Shown here: positions 50,820-64,000 of the stretch, piece by piece
How the letters are laid out: each line of letters begins with the position of its first letter
Position numbering within the stretch: position 1 is the stretch's first letter
Assembly (NCBI GenBank): GCA_951406725.2
Contig: OX597821.1
Coordinates: 115,692,001-115,756,000 of the forward strand
Reading direction: 5' to 3'
Source of the DNA: Octopus vulgaris
Lineage: Eukaryota
DNA length: 64,000 nt
The notes under the pieces: generated by a model
Seen by the model: only the letters and a program-made list of their open reading frames with translations
What the model was told of the DNA's origin: nothing
Databases searched by the model: none
Program-made: the position numbers and the translations under genes

Positions 50820-51210
50820 CTCTTTTACTTGTTTCAGTCATTTGACTGCGGCGATGCTGGAGCACCGCCTTTAGTCGAGCAAATCGACCCCCAGGACTTA
50901 TTCCTTGTAAGTCTAGTACTTATTCTATCGGTCTCTTTTGCCGACCCGCTAAGTTACGGGGACGTAAACACACCAGCATCGGTTGTCAAGCGATGTTGGT
51001 GGTGGTGGGGGGGAAACACAGACACACAAACACACACACATATATATACACACATATACGACGGGCTTCTTTCAGTTTCCGTCTACCAAATCCACTCACA
51101 AGGCTTTGGTCGGCCTGAGGCTATAGAAGACACTTGCCCAAGGTGGCACGCAGTGGGACTGAACCCGGGACCATGTGGTTGGTAAGCAAGCTACTTACCA
51201 CACAGCCATA
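50820..51210 (-). mobile_element. SINE family A
   Basis: Near-identical to 12335-12725. Confidence 0.9.
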
Positions 51211-51436
51211 TATATATATATATATAAATGCATATAAATACACATGTATATTCATATTTTACTTGTATGTGTTTGTATGTTTATACAAGCATTTATGTTT
51301 TTGATATAACAATGAAGTCTACTTTTAAAAGATGGAGGATTTAACGTGGATACAGAAACACTGATAGTAGTTGTGCAAAATTATAAGTAGAAGCGGTAAG
51401 AATATACTTTACTAAATCAAAGATTAAATAGAAGTG

Positions 51437-51799
51437 AACAAAAGCTCTCAAAGAGCGCAAACCTCCGCCAAGGCAACACCAACGTCCTCTCAACGATTAG
51501 CCAGAAATGATTTTTAAAATGAGAATATCTGAAATAAACTCGACTGATCCCACAAACGAGAATACTAAAAATGAACTCGACCGCTCTCAAAAATTACGTA
51601 ATAAAATAGGAAAAATAATCCAGAATCCTTGTCCGGTACCGGATCGATCCCCAAATCTAATCAGTTCGTGCCAGTCAACGAAGCCAAACATTCCTGAAAG
51701 TTTCATCCGAATCCATCCAGTGATTCTTGAGATATCTTGTCCACGGACAAACAAACACGACTGAAAACAGAATCTCCGCCTTCGCTAAGGCGGAGATAA
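51437..51799. mobile_element. Probable Helentron-associated non-autonomous element
   Basis: Subterminal ctccgcc near the left end; terminal 11-bp hairpin atctccgcctt-cgct-aaggcggagat at 51772-51797; A-rich ends. Confidence 0.55.
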
Positions 51800-51907
51800 G
51801 AAGACAGTAAGTTCTGGAAAGAAGACAAATAAGCTGTCAATTATATAAAGATATCCTAAGAACGAAAAAAAGAGAAACACAGGGAAACAGCTTGGGAAAT
51901 GATGTAC

Positions 51908-52141
51908 CTATTTCTTTACTACCCACAAGGGGCTAAACACAGAGGGGACAAACAACGACAGACTAACGGATTAAGTCGATTATATCGACCCCGGTGCGTA
52001 ACTGGTACTTAATTCATCGACCCCGAAAAGATGAAAAGCAAAGTCATCCTCGGCGGAATTTGAACTCAGAACGTAACGGCAGACGAAATACGGCTACGCA
52101 TTTCGCCCAGCGTGCTAACGTATCAGCCAGCTCGCCGCCTT
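51908..52141 (-). mobile_element. SINE family B
   Basis: Full-length reverse-complement copy. Confidence 0.9.
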
Positions 52142-52265
52142 AATTGGAAAATTATGCACCGTGACGTTAAACAGAAAATTTTGGTACAAAATAGACGAAA
52201 AATATAATCATCAACAGTTAAAGGTTATTGAATATGATTAAAGGAAATTATGACCATTTGATAGA

Positions 52266-52342
<77 letters not shown>

Positions 52343-52862
52343 ATTAAACCACGTTGGAAAAGTGTAAGAAAGAGGGTAGAATTGAAAAATCTCTAAATTT
52401 GACGAAAGAACTGAGAAAGCTCTGCGACATGTTAGCAACGTTGTTATCTTGATTGTTATTAGAATAGTAGGGGTAAAAAATTAACTGTTTAAGAAACTGG
52501 AAAATATAGTCACTGAAATGTAATGGAATTGCAGTAAACTGTCCCCCGTTATTTTGCAGGAATCATTCAGAAAATCCCTGAACATTGAAGAAATTGACGC
52601 TAAATTCCAAAACGTGAATCCAGTGAAATAATAAACAGCGAACTCTTAACAAGAAGAAGAAGAAGCATGCAACATCCGTTAAAACTTGATCTTCCTGGGT
52701 TGTTTGCTTTCTTATTTTGCATTCATTGTTTTCACAATATATACTCCTACATACACATACACACACACATACACACACAAATTGTATACACAAACATGTG
52801 GCAGATGCATAACCTATATATTTGTATTGTATATATAACATACAAACGTGTGTATGTATCTG

Positions 52863-52957
<95 letters not shown>

Positions 52958-53027
52958 ATTACCGGGCCAGGTAAGTTTTCGTAAGAGTTGATTTTTAAGT
53001 GTGTTTAGTCCCCGCATTGTCTAATTC

Positions 53028-53430
53028 GGATCTTTACCTTTTGACCGGCAGATTGAGAAAATAATTTTTCGTAACTAAACACTTTCAAACTTTGTAAACT
53101 GGTAGAATGTGTCATATAAAACATCTTTTACTCTTAGCGTATTTGAGAAAAGTTTATATCTACGAAGTTATTTCGTGTTAAAGTTGTTGTATTTCGGTAA
53201 TTTCAACCAATCAATGACGTGTATTCAGCCGAATAAAATTACTGCTGCTGTTTGTCAACAACAACTTCCGGCGGTGTATATTTCGTTTGTCACTGTTATT
53301 TATGACATCGTTCGTGCGTTTGTACTGGTTTTAGCTTTAAGGTTATTTATCACCTGCTGTGTACAACTTGAGATCATCGATATGCGAACGATTGCTGATT
53401 GTCCTCTCATTACATTTGCATCCGAGTTAT
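53028..53430 (+). mobile_element. Left end of a Merlin-like element (subfamily 2)
   Basis: Begins ggatctttaccttttgaccggcag; parallels 13615-13850; right boundary uncertain. Confidence 0.7.
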
Positions 53431-53619
53431 AATTAATCTAGTACATGGTTATTTAATTAGCAGGATTGCTATCTTGAGGTTTGGTTACAAGTTTCCTCAA
53501 ATTTCTAAAGTGTTCTTTAGGATTCTTGCAGGATATAGCATAGTACTTTTCTGCAAATACGGCATTGCGAGTCTTAATTTATATACATACATACATACAT
53601 ACATACATACATACATACA

Positions 53620-53717
<98 letters not shown>

Positions 53718-53721
53718 TATA

Positions 53722-53935
53722 TAGTTAATCCAAACATGAAAACACAAAGAGAAAACACAACAACGCGCGGACGTGGAACAAATATAGTATTATTGGACGC
53801 TCAGGAAGGAAGGGAAGAAGGAGGGTTTAATGTTTCGAGCGAAGCTCTTCGTCGGAAACGTAGGAAAAGGAAATATCCAGAGAAGGGAAGACGGTGGAAA
53901 AATATCACCAACGGTACACACGCGGTCACATCGAG
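53722..53935 (-). mobile_element. Penelope-like terminal-repeat fragment next to (TA)n
   Basis: Same layout as 17900-18080 (gtatta..tgacgc.c.ggaa...gtttcgag..gctcttc) but a different subfamily. Confidence 0.7.
53825..53859 (-). ncRNA. Minimal type I hammerhead-ribozyme-like motif
   Basis: GUUU-CCGACGA-A-GAGC(UUC)GCUC-GAAAC-AUU-AAAC. Confidence 0.5.
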
Positions 53936-54346
53936 ATGTAGGAAGAAAGTTAGCTTCAAGCAATCCATAATAAATATAAAGAACAACACTCAGGGACAAT
54001 AGTGGTTAATTGAAATGGAAGGTTGTGGATTTTTTTCGTATTGAAGTACGATAAACCGAAAAAAGTTCTTTCTTTATTTCACGGTAGGCGACCAAGATTG
54101 CCGGGTGTGCGAATAAGAATACAAAAGTTACAGAATGGAGTAAATAAGATCCGTGCTACATATGTTTCATAGTGAGCGGAACCTCAGAAATGGTAAATAT
54201 GCAAGCGAGGTGTATACTGCAGATTACTCTTCAGGCCAAGGATATCTTGATTAAATGAAAGTTTACATTGTCGCAAGGAGTTACATGTTAACACACGCAA
54301 GATTCAATCAGAATATATATACATATGCATATACATTATATGGACG

Positions 54347-54433
<87 letters not shown>

Positions 54434-54762
54434 CTTGTTTTAAATCTCTCAGCCTGAGATATATAGTAACAGGACCGAATAGTAAAGTTTATTTGCCAAC
54501 AGAATGTGGCGGTCCTCTAAAAGAAGATGTTACTGCTGTTTAAGCCTCAGGAAAGCATCTTTTCCAGCTGGCTATCGATACTCCGTCCGTGTCCGCGTAG
54601 TGTTTGCAAAGGAGGTCATCGATGCCATCTCCAGCCTTACGCGATACTCACAGACCACGGTTTCTGAGTGGTTACTCGTCCTCACTGTGAGACAACCACT
54701 GGCTGTTGATGAAAGCTTTCTCCACTTGCAAACACTATATATTCTTTAAGCGACACACATAT

Positions 54763-55170
54763 ATAGGATGGTACACGACAAAGTAGCCTGGGTGTCGTTG
54801 TATAGTAAATACAGAAATAAATGTACACAGACGAAAAAGCGCCTAGCTTTTGGTTTACAAGTGTTGTGTTATTTCGACTGCTTGTAACTGCTGATCAAAG
54901 ATGGCGCACTAGTCGACTTCTTGCTACGTTCTCCTCACTCCATCTTCACCACATTAGTTGATTGTAAGATTACTTTGAGCAAATATCTCTAGATTTTTCT
55001 GCAGGATGATATACTCAATAGCGGAAAGATAGTGGAAGCGTATGTGAGGACGGGTTTTGTTAAGCAAATACATGAAAATTTTGGAGTCAAGTTTTCGGAT
55101 AAAAGTTTCGATAAAGAGAACGATGCAAATGTTGGTTAAGAATTGGCGCGCTACAAGATCGAGTGGTCTT
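54763..55170 (+). mobile_element. Possible Tc1-like element 5' end
   Basis: TA-taggatggtacacg start; remnant MIYSIAER / IVEAYVRTG...FGVKF / KRTMQMLVKNWRAT resembles a Tc1-like N-terminal HTH. Confidence 0.4.
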
Positions 55171-55626
55171 CTATCAGTATCAGTCTACCACCCAACAGCT
55201 GAGAGTGAGAGACCTGTAGTTTTTGTTTAGACAGCTCTGTAGGAGAAGGAAAACTCTGATGTAACACTTGTGGCTTCGTTTGTATCCAATGATGCAAATG
55301 CACACGTTGTTTAGAGAGTGGATTGGCCCTGCGCTAGACCATACCCCACTTCAGACAGGAGCATCTCTTGATTCTTAACATCTCTATTATGCGCTGCATA
55401 GTATGACTGACGTTAGCGAAAATGGTAAAACACTGAATGAAAGAATTCCACGAAGAAATGAAAGCATGTGTCAGTGTGGATAATAATTCTTCGAAAATCT
55501 GCTGCTTGGGGCATCCATCGTTGCTACGTCTGTGAAAAAGAGTGTAGGTCCTAGCAGAGCTTAAAAGCTTCATCCGTGCTGCTTGAAGCGAAAAATGACT
55601 TTGCACGAAATCGAGTTGCAGTGTTT

Positions 55627-55667
<41 letters not shown>

Positions 55668-56374
55668 TAAGCTCTCTTAAAAACTGTTTGTGTGGCTTAT
55701 GCACCGTTATACAGCGGTTCGACAAATAGACGAAAATACATTAAGTCCCAAACTTAAAAATAACTCCTGGGGATAAGATGCTCGACTTCAAAATTTGAAG
55801 GTGGCTCCCCAGCATGGCTGCAATCCAATCACTAATAAAAGACTAAATATATATATAAAATACAAATACAAGACTTAATTCATAATATCATTTTATCAGT
55901 CATTTGATTCACAAATAATATAAATGTTTCTCTAATATGTCTTCGATTATCTTCCATCGTTAATCAGTCAATCGTCTTACGAATAATGCAAATATTGTCT
56001 TTGATTTCGTTCCTTAGTAAGAGCGTTACATACACAGACGGAAATGTTTGGTTTAGTAAGCGACAATTGATTGCCTTAAAGTGCATGCGTTGTGATGCCT
56101 ATTAAAAAATAGTTCAATAAGTCTACACTCGTTGTTGCCTTATCATCATTAATCAATATCCCTATTGATGACATCACCATTACTTTAATTAGCTACGCCA
56201 GCTCTCAGTATATCACGTCTTAATGTGTGCGCGTGATTTTATGTTTGTGACTAGCGTGCTCACTTCTTTTACTTCTCGCCACGACCACGTTCCCTCTTCT
56301 CTCTCTTTCTTTGCCTCTCCTTTCAACCAACCATTTCACTGCGTAACATACGTAAGTACATAAGCAGAATAATA

Positions 56375-57200
56375 TTGGGTTGGCCAAAAAGTCCGTTCAG
56401 TTTTTTTTAAAGTGAAAATAAGATACAAGTTTTAAACGCAAAGCGATTTATTCAATCAATGATATGATTACCGTTTCATTCCAGTATCTTCTGCCATCTT
56501 GTACGCAGATCCATTATTCATCGCTGAAAGAATTTCCTGTTTTTACTAGCGAAAAACACTTCCAGGTGAATTTTTATATCCTTACGCATTCAATGAATTT
56601 TGAAGAGACTGAAATCTGAAGGAGCAAGGTCAGGCGAATATGGAGGGTGCAGCAAAACTTCCCATCCAAGCCCCAGCAAGTTCTGCCGTATCTGCAAAGA
56701 AGTGTGCAGTTTTACATTGTCGGTATGAAAAACAGTGCCCTTACGATTAGCAAGTTTAATTTGTCCAGCTGGTCATAATACACATCCGAATTGATGGTCT
56801 TGTCTATGGAAAAAAGCTCGTGCAAGACAAAACCCTTCCAATCCCACCAAATTGAAAACAACATTTTTCAGGTGAAATCCTTCTTTGGAGGTTGTTTGAG
56901 GTGGTTTATCATGATTTCCTTGTGATCGTTTGTGCCTCACATTGTTATAGACGATCCATTTTTCGTCCCCTCTATCCATTCTCTTCAAAAAAGGTTCGCT
57001 TTCTTCACGTTTCTGCAACGAGTCGCAGATGGGAATCCGTTGGGTGAAGTTAACCCCATTCAATTGGTGAGGGAGCCAAACATAGAGCCTACTTACACAA
57101 CCAAATTGATGCAGATATTTATATTCAACATAACGTGGATGTTTTGTTAGAATGCCGACTACTTGACTACTTCGGTATTAGGCTTGAGAGGTCCTCTCAT
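56375..57200 (-). pseudogene. Mariner transposase relic with right TIR
   Basis: FLKRMDRGDEKWIVYNNV and LHPPYSPDLAPSD motifs; TA-ttgggttggccaaaaagtccg terminus. Confidence 0.9.
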
Positions 57201-57538
57201 ATGGGCGCATGAGGAATAAATCATAGCAGACAAGAATTGTTTGCTATCGGCACCGGAACTGCCAGATCAGTAATTTTACTTTATTGGACCTCCTCTGTGG
57301 CAGGCGTGCGGCCACCTCATACTAGTCAAATCTCGCTGCCTCGATATATAGAATTTCAATGTCTTTTCAGTCAATGATGTCGCAAATAGCCAGCAGGTTT
57401 ATTAAAACATAAATAATAGCAACGGAAATAGTATTAGTACCAAAAGGCAAACTTTATATCCAACACGTTTTCCTGTTTTGAGTATTAGTCTTATGTGTCT
57501 GTTGTATTCTTTCTAATGTTTTCTTTCACTTGTGTATA

Positions 57539-57772
57539 TCTGTTTCTTTATTGCCCACAGGGGGCTAAACACAGAGGGGACAAACAAGGACAGACAAACG
57601 GATTAAGTCGATTACATCGACCCCAGTGCGTAACTGGTACTTAATTTATCGACCCCGAAAGGACGAAAGGCAAAGTCGACCTCGGCGGAATTTGAACTCA
57701 GAACGTAACGGTAGACGAAATACGGCTACGCATTTCGCCCGGCGTGCTAACGGTTCTGCCAGCTCGCCGCCT
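57539..57772 (-). mobile_element. Young SINE family B
   Basis: Full length; 16-bp direct repeat ctttcacttgtgtata at 57523 and 57771; CpGs intact. Confidence 0.92.
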
Positions 57773-58370
57773 TTCACTTGTGTATACCGTAATTTGTGTA
57801 GTTTATCGAAAGTGTTGGTATTAGTGTTTGCAGTAAATCTCTCTTCCTGGCAGTGTTTCTATCCTTTGTAGTTTTCATAATTCTCTCCCTTGTCTGTATC
57901 TGCAGAACTGTTTCAAAGGTATCCATGAGTTGGATAATGTATCTGCTTGTTAGGGCTGTCCTATTCAGGACTGTTGCCGGGATCCAAGTGTGAAGAACAT
58001 CAAAAGTATTCTGGTACTCAATTTCTGCGACGATGTTTAGATCTTACTTTCCTCTTGTACAGTCTTTTGCTGCAACCCCGTTGAACGGCCCGTGGTCCTT
58101 AGAGTCAATTTAAAGTATTCTTCCTGCTCTTCTGGAAGCACGTTTCTTTTTCCCAATATTTATTTTAAAGATTTTAGCAAATAGGAAAGTAGATTACGGG
58201 TATAGAGCTTTTTAGGGTTTGCCTTTTTTGTCTTGGAGATTAGATGATTCCCCACTTAATAAACCTTTTAGATGTTGTCTTCTGCCCCGTCTGTATCCCC
58301 GATAGTACCTTATGCATTCCTATCCTGCTGCCTTTCATTCTTTTTTCTTTTTGTAAAGGGTTTGAGCTTC

Positions 58371-58465
58371 TTTTGTTAAGGTCTCCCTAGAATTTTACGG
58401 TGCTTTTCTTTAGGTCTCCCTAGAATTTTACGGTGCTTTTGTTTAGGTCTCCCTAGAATTTTACA
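58371..58465. repeat. 33-bp minisatellite, ~3 units
   Basis: aggtctccctagaattttacggtgctttt repeated. Confidence 0.9.
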
Positions 58466-59147
58466 GCCATTAGACTGCAGTCATGCTGAGGCACCGCCTT
58501 GAAGCATTTTCAGTCGAATGAGTCAACCACAATACCTTTTTCTGTCGAATTATGGGGGAAGTAAACACACCAACACAGGTTGTCAAGCGGTGGGTGGCGG
58601 GATAGACACAGACTCAAAGACACACAGACACACACACGACAGGCTTCTACCAGTCTCCGTCTCCCGAATCCTCTTACATTAATCGATCTTTTATTCTGTA
58701 TATTTTTCTGCATGTTTATTTTCCATTTTGTTTACTTGAATAGATCAGAGATAATGTCCTCGATCTTTCTGGAACCAGTCACTGCTGCATATTTTCTCTC
58801 ATTTAACTTTCTGATTTCAATGTTCTTGTCTGCATTCAGTCCGCGATAAAGTTATTTTAAGTTTCGTTACAATTATTTTATCGTAGAGTTTTATTTTGGG
58901 GAATATTTTTGTGCTCCATAGACCCATTGTTTCTAATTCTTCAATTATTTTCTCTTATATTGTCATCTTCACTATTTCCACGTTTAAAATTTCGTCTTCT
59001 TAAACCCTTCCCCTCCCCATATTCTTTTTTTTTCGCTTTGCTTATGTTGTTTTGGTTGTTTTATTTTTTTTTTGGTAAATGCTCTGTAGTTTGTTTTGCT
59101 CTTGTTATTTTGTTTTGCACGTGTCTACTTGTGTGATTCCTCCTCCT

Positions 59148-59270
59148 CTTCTTCTTCTTCTTCTTCTTCTTCTTCTTCTTCTTCTTCTTCTTCTTCTTCT
59201 TCTTCTTCTTCTTCTTCTTCTTCTTCTTCTTCTTCTTCTTCTTCTTCTTCTTCTTCTTCTTCTTCTTCTT
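59148..59270. repeat. (CTT)n microsatellite
   Basis: Directly visible. Confidence 0.97.
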
Positions 59271-59519
59271 TATACATGAAAATGAATAAGCATTATAGCG
59301 TTACTGAAAAGTACCCATGACCAAAATCTGAAATTGTCCAATCCAGCCAACTAAAAGTGGAGTTCCGTCACAACCGAGACAGTGTGGCTTGAAGAGGGTT
59401 TTAGAGTTATTGATATTGTCATCTAGAAGTCCAGGAATTTTGGTATTTAAAAAATCACAGAAGGTTTGAGTTGGTAGAATTCTTCTTGCAACTCCTTTAG
59501 ATGTTCATATATATCTATA

Positions 59520-59915
59520 AGCTTGCTTACCAGCCACATGGTTCCAGGTTCAGTCCCACTACGTGGCACCTTGGGCAAGTGTCTTCTACTATAGACTCGG
59601 GCCAATCAAAACCTTGTGAGTGGATTTGGTAGACGGAAACTGATGGAAGCCCGTCGTATATATGTATATATATATACATATATATATGTATGTATGCGTG
59701 TGTATATGTTTGTGTCTGTGTTTGTCCCCCCAACATCGCTTGACAACCGATGCTGGTGTGTTTACGCCCCCGTAACTTAGCAGTTCGGCAAAAGAGACCG
59801 ATAGAATAAGTACTAGGCTTACAAAGAATAAGTCTTGGGGTCGATTTGCTCGACTAAAGGCGGTGCACCAGCATGGCCGCAGTCAAATGACTGAAACAAG
59901 TAAAAGAGTAAAGAT
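59520..59915 (+). mobile_element. SINE family A (5'-clipped)
   Basis: Both halves and the internal microsatellite are present. Confidence 0.9.
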
Positions 59916-60062
59916 ATAAATGCTGAAGTGAATCTCACGGTTTTGTGTGTTTCTTAAATGGCTTATAAACACCTTCCACGCTGCAATAGTTTTCGTTCCA
60001 GCACACGATCTCAGATCAAGTCACTCGCTATGCAAGTACATCTCCGTAATATATATATATAT

Positions 60063-60209
<147 letters not shown>

Positions 60210-60676
60210 CATACATGCATATATGCATACATACATACATGCATGCATGCATGCATACATACATACATACATGCATGCATACATACATACATACATACAT
60301 ACATACATACACAGAAAAGTTAGAAAACCTGCACAAAAACCTAGAGATATTTCGTTTCACAGAGAAAGAACAAAAGACACTCATGCGGTTTCTCCGAATC
60401 TGATCTATTAGCAGCACAGTTAAGATTTGTAAGACACTCCAAGAATTCTTCATCTGAGATTCTTATGTGAATAGATGCACATACTTAAGTGCATGCATCG
60501 ACAGCTCAGCCTCCAAACCATCTCAACCACATATTTATAAACACCGGGAACTCTCAACTCAAAAAGTCTTGTCGTTTCGTTAGCGATTGGCTTGAACTCT
60601 CTCAAGAACTTAAATAAAATTCAAAGAAAAATTACACACACACACACTCATGCACGCACACATACACACACGCACA

Positions 60677-60739
<63 letters not shown>

Positions 60740-61902
60740 TTGGGTGAAGATTATCCGGTGAAAATTTAGCTTGAATTATTGCAGAGCTGGCGAGGGGGAG
60801 TAGGGGAGGCAGTTGGATATATTAGCGTGTATGTGTGAGTGCGTGTGCACGCGCACGTATTTGCGTGCGTGTGTGCGTGTGTGCGTATGTGTGTATGTGT
60901 GTGTGTGTGTGTGTGTGTGCGTGTGCGCGTGTGTGCGTGTATGCGCGCGCATTTGAATGAGTGTGAGTGAACTTTAAATGTGCACGCGTGTGTTAATTCT
61001 ACGACTGACATATTCTGTTTCTTTCAGGATCATCATACACGGTGTATCATTTTCCAAACTGATAGAATCAAAGAACAACTTTCACTCAAACTGCTCTAAG
61101 AAACCGGCAAACCTCCAATATGCTGCCGAATATAAAGAGTGGTGGCTCAGTAAGAAAATATATAGAAATATTGAATCGGATGACAAGTCAGATAAAAATT
61201 AATTAAAAAAACAACGCTATTTTGTTTATTATAAAGGCGTATTAAAACACCATCTGTTGGCTTGTTTCTCTTTTTGTTGCAGATCAGTTTGATACCGTTG
61301 CTTTGCCGACTGTCTGTTGGTCGCTCTTGTAGCCATGTTATTGTAGATAAACAATGGCCGTAGCTGCTGTCAAAAACAAACAAAACAAAATAAAAGACGA
61401 CTGATTGTCCACATAATCATTGAAGCACGGGACTCTGGCAGAACCCCAAACTAGGCGCTATTATTGGCTCATATACTCACAAACGAAGTCTTCTCTCGTT
61501 TCTGCCGACAAACCACCAAAAACTGGTCAGTGACAAAGGTCACGTGGATACAATTATTTTCAATTGGTTACATTTACATTGTTTGAACGGCGTTCACTAA
61601 CAAACGCACGCACACACGCACACACATACATACACACACGCGCGCAGACGACACGCACGTAATATACATATAGAGTCACATTCAACGCATGCATGCACAC
61701 TCACACACGCATACACGCATACACATCCATTACATGCAAAAAAAATTGATGGTGAAAATATATTGATTTATGTGCGATAAATAGAAACATTATGGCGTCT
61801 ATATTAGTTTACTGTATATTACCTTAATATTGATGAGGATTTGTGTATAAACTTAACTTTCTCTCCTTCCCTCCCCCGCATTCCCGTGTATATATATATG
61901 TA

Positions 61903-61973
<71 letters not shown>

Positions 61974-61989
61974 GTATACACATATATAT

Positions 61990-62038
<49 letters not shown>

Positions 62039-62113
62039 CATATATACACACACACGTGTGTGTATGTGTGTGCTCATGCATATATAAATGTTTGTGTATA
62101 TATGCAATGCATA

Positions 62114-62203
<90 letters not shown>

Positions 62204-62295
62204 TATATATGTACATATGCATTGCATATATACACAAACATTTATATATGCATGGGCACACACACTCACATATATACATATACACATATGTATGT

Positions 62296-62329
<34 letters not shown>

Positions 62330-62354
62330 GCATATGTGTGTGTGTGTGTGTGAA

Positions 62355-63170
62355 TTTATAAGTGCGTGTATATGTCTGTGTGGTAAGAAGTTTGCTCCTC
62401 AACAGCATGGTTCCGGGTTCAGTCCCACTGCGTGGCACCTTGGGCAAGTCCCTTCTACCGTTGCCTCGGGCCGACCAATGTCTTGTGAGACGATTTAGTT
62501 GACAGAAACTGAAAGAAGCACATTCTTTTCTTGTTTCAATCATTTGACTGCGGCCATGTTGGAGCACCGCCTTAAGTCGAACAAATCCACCCCATGACTT
62601 ATTCTTTGTATCCCTAGTACTTATATCGGTCTGTTTTATCGAACCGCTAAGTTACAGGGACGTAAACACACCAACATCGGTTGTCAAGCGATGGTGTGAC
62701 AAACACAGACACACACACACATGCAAATACACACACACGCACACGTACACACATATACGGCAGGCTTCTTTCAGTTTTCACCTACCAAATCCACTTACAA
62801 GGCTTTGGTCGGTCCGATGCTATAGTAGAAGACACTTTTCTAAGGCGCTACGCAGTGGGAACGAACCCGAAGCCATGTGGTTGGGAAGCAAGGTTCTTAC
62901 TACACAGCCATGCTGCGCCTATATATATCTAAAGACATATTTATATATGGGTATGTATATGTGAGTGTGTCTGTGTTTGTCGTCCTCTTTGCCGCTCGAC
63001 AATTAATGTCAGTGTGTTTACGTCCCCGGAACATTAGCGGTTCGGCAAAAGAAACCGAAAGAATAAGTACCAGGTTTAAAAAAGAAAAAAAAAGTACAAG
63101 TGTCGATTCGTCCGGTTAAAATTATTCATGGTGGTGTCTCAGCACAGCCGCAGTCTAATGACAAACAAGA
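62355..63170. mobile_element. Nested SINE A: a minus copy (62525-62920) inside a plus copy
   Basis: Plus 5' half 62355-62520, full minus copy, then plus 3' half ~62960-63170. Confidence 0.8.
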
Positions 63171-63236
63171 TCCATCCATCCATCCATCCATCCATCCATC
63201 CATCCATCCATCCATCCATACATACATACATACATC

Positions 63237-63267
<31 letters not shown>

Positions 63268-63433
63268 CACGTCATCCCATTAGTAATGTCCAATTTGTAA
63301 ACGCTTTAACAATGTTTTAGAATGTCTAATAGCGTCAAGTAATATATGTATGTTTTTGGACAAATTCAGACCAATTAAATTTCATTTTGCAGGATAATCT
63401 AATTGAAATTTCACTAATTAGAGCTCTTCAAAC

Positions 63434-64000
63434 ATGGAAGTGTCTAAGTGGAGGCACATGGCCTAGTGGTTAGAGCAGCGGACTCGCGGGTTCGAATCTC
63501 AGACCGGACGATGTGTGTATTTATGAGCGAAACACCTAAGCTCCACGCGGCTCTGGCAGAAGGTAATGGCGAAACTTTTACTGACTCTTTCGCCACAACT
63601 TTCTCTCACTCTTTCCTCCTGCATCTTGCAGCTCACCTACGATGGACCGGCGTCCCGTCCAGGTGCAGAACCTATACGCCAAGAACCCGGGAAACTGGCC
63701 CTTATGAGCCAGGCATGGCTCGAGAAGGAACGAAGAGTTTAAGGAGAATTTGAGGCACATAATGCTTTATGAATTAAAAAAAAAGAAATTCTGCAACTGA
63801 AGCAACTCGAAATATTCACTCAGCTTATGGGGAAGAGTACCTGAATGAAAGAACTTGCAGAAGATTGTTTGTAAAATTCAAAAGTGGAGATTTCTGCCTT
63901 GAAGCTGAGACCCAAACAGGACGTCCAATTGAGTTTGATGACAAGCTCCTTTTGGCAGAACTTGCAAAAGACCATGTTTCTGTTGATAAAATAAGTACCA
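63434..64000 (+). pseudogene. Mariner transposase 5' part, interrupted by a SINE
   Basis: MEVSK | ENLRHIMLYELKK / NSATEATRNIHSAYGEEYLNERTCRRLFVKFKSGDFCLEAETQTGRP. Confidence 0.85.
63449..63731 (+). mobile_element. SINE family C variant (different 3' half)
   Basis: tggaggcacatggcctagtggttagagcagcggactcgcg head; 12-bp TSD gaagtgtctaag/gaagagtttaag (two mismatches). Confidence 0.85.

Noticed and set aside
58371-58465. 33-bp repeats as a CRISPR array
   Set aside because: Head-to-tail duplication without spacers.
61028-61149. Internal coding exon
   Set aside because: Splice-like signals and one open frame, but no recognisable protein; such matches arise by chance, so it is not listed as a feature.

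Overview
Repeat-dense, AT-rich eukaryotic genomic DNA. The SINE families, RTE LINEs and very long microsatellites point to a coleoid cephalopod (Octopus-like); this is inference. No complete host gene is visible. The only credible host coding signal is an orphan first coding exon at 6400-6699 (+). Most of the window is transposon debris: RTE, Tx1/L1-like and Penelope-like retroelements, three SINE families, mariner/Tc1 relics, Helitron/Helentron-like non-autonomous elements, a complete but dead Chapaev3-type transposon (45521-47685) and a Merlin-like set (transposase relic, five ~410-bp MITEs, two half elements and a 25-bp mini-element with a perfect 8-bp TSD). A 2.65-kb (TATG)n array lies at 26748-29395. 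Most interesting observations: three covarying minimal hammerhead-ribozyme-like motifs with non-canonical cores in Penelope terminal repeats, the Merlin MITE cluster and mini-element, an apparent CpG-methylation footprint limited to the first ~11 kb, a shared SINE/Tx1 3' end, and a perfect RFX X-box. Nearly all long ORFs in the supplied track are microsatellite artefacts. I cannot demonstrate a new biological system from the sequence alone. Boundaries without TSD support are approximate.
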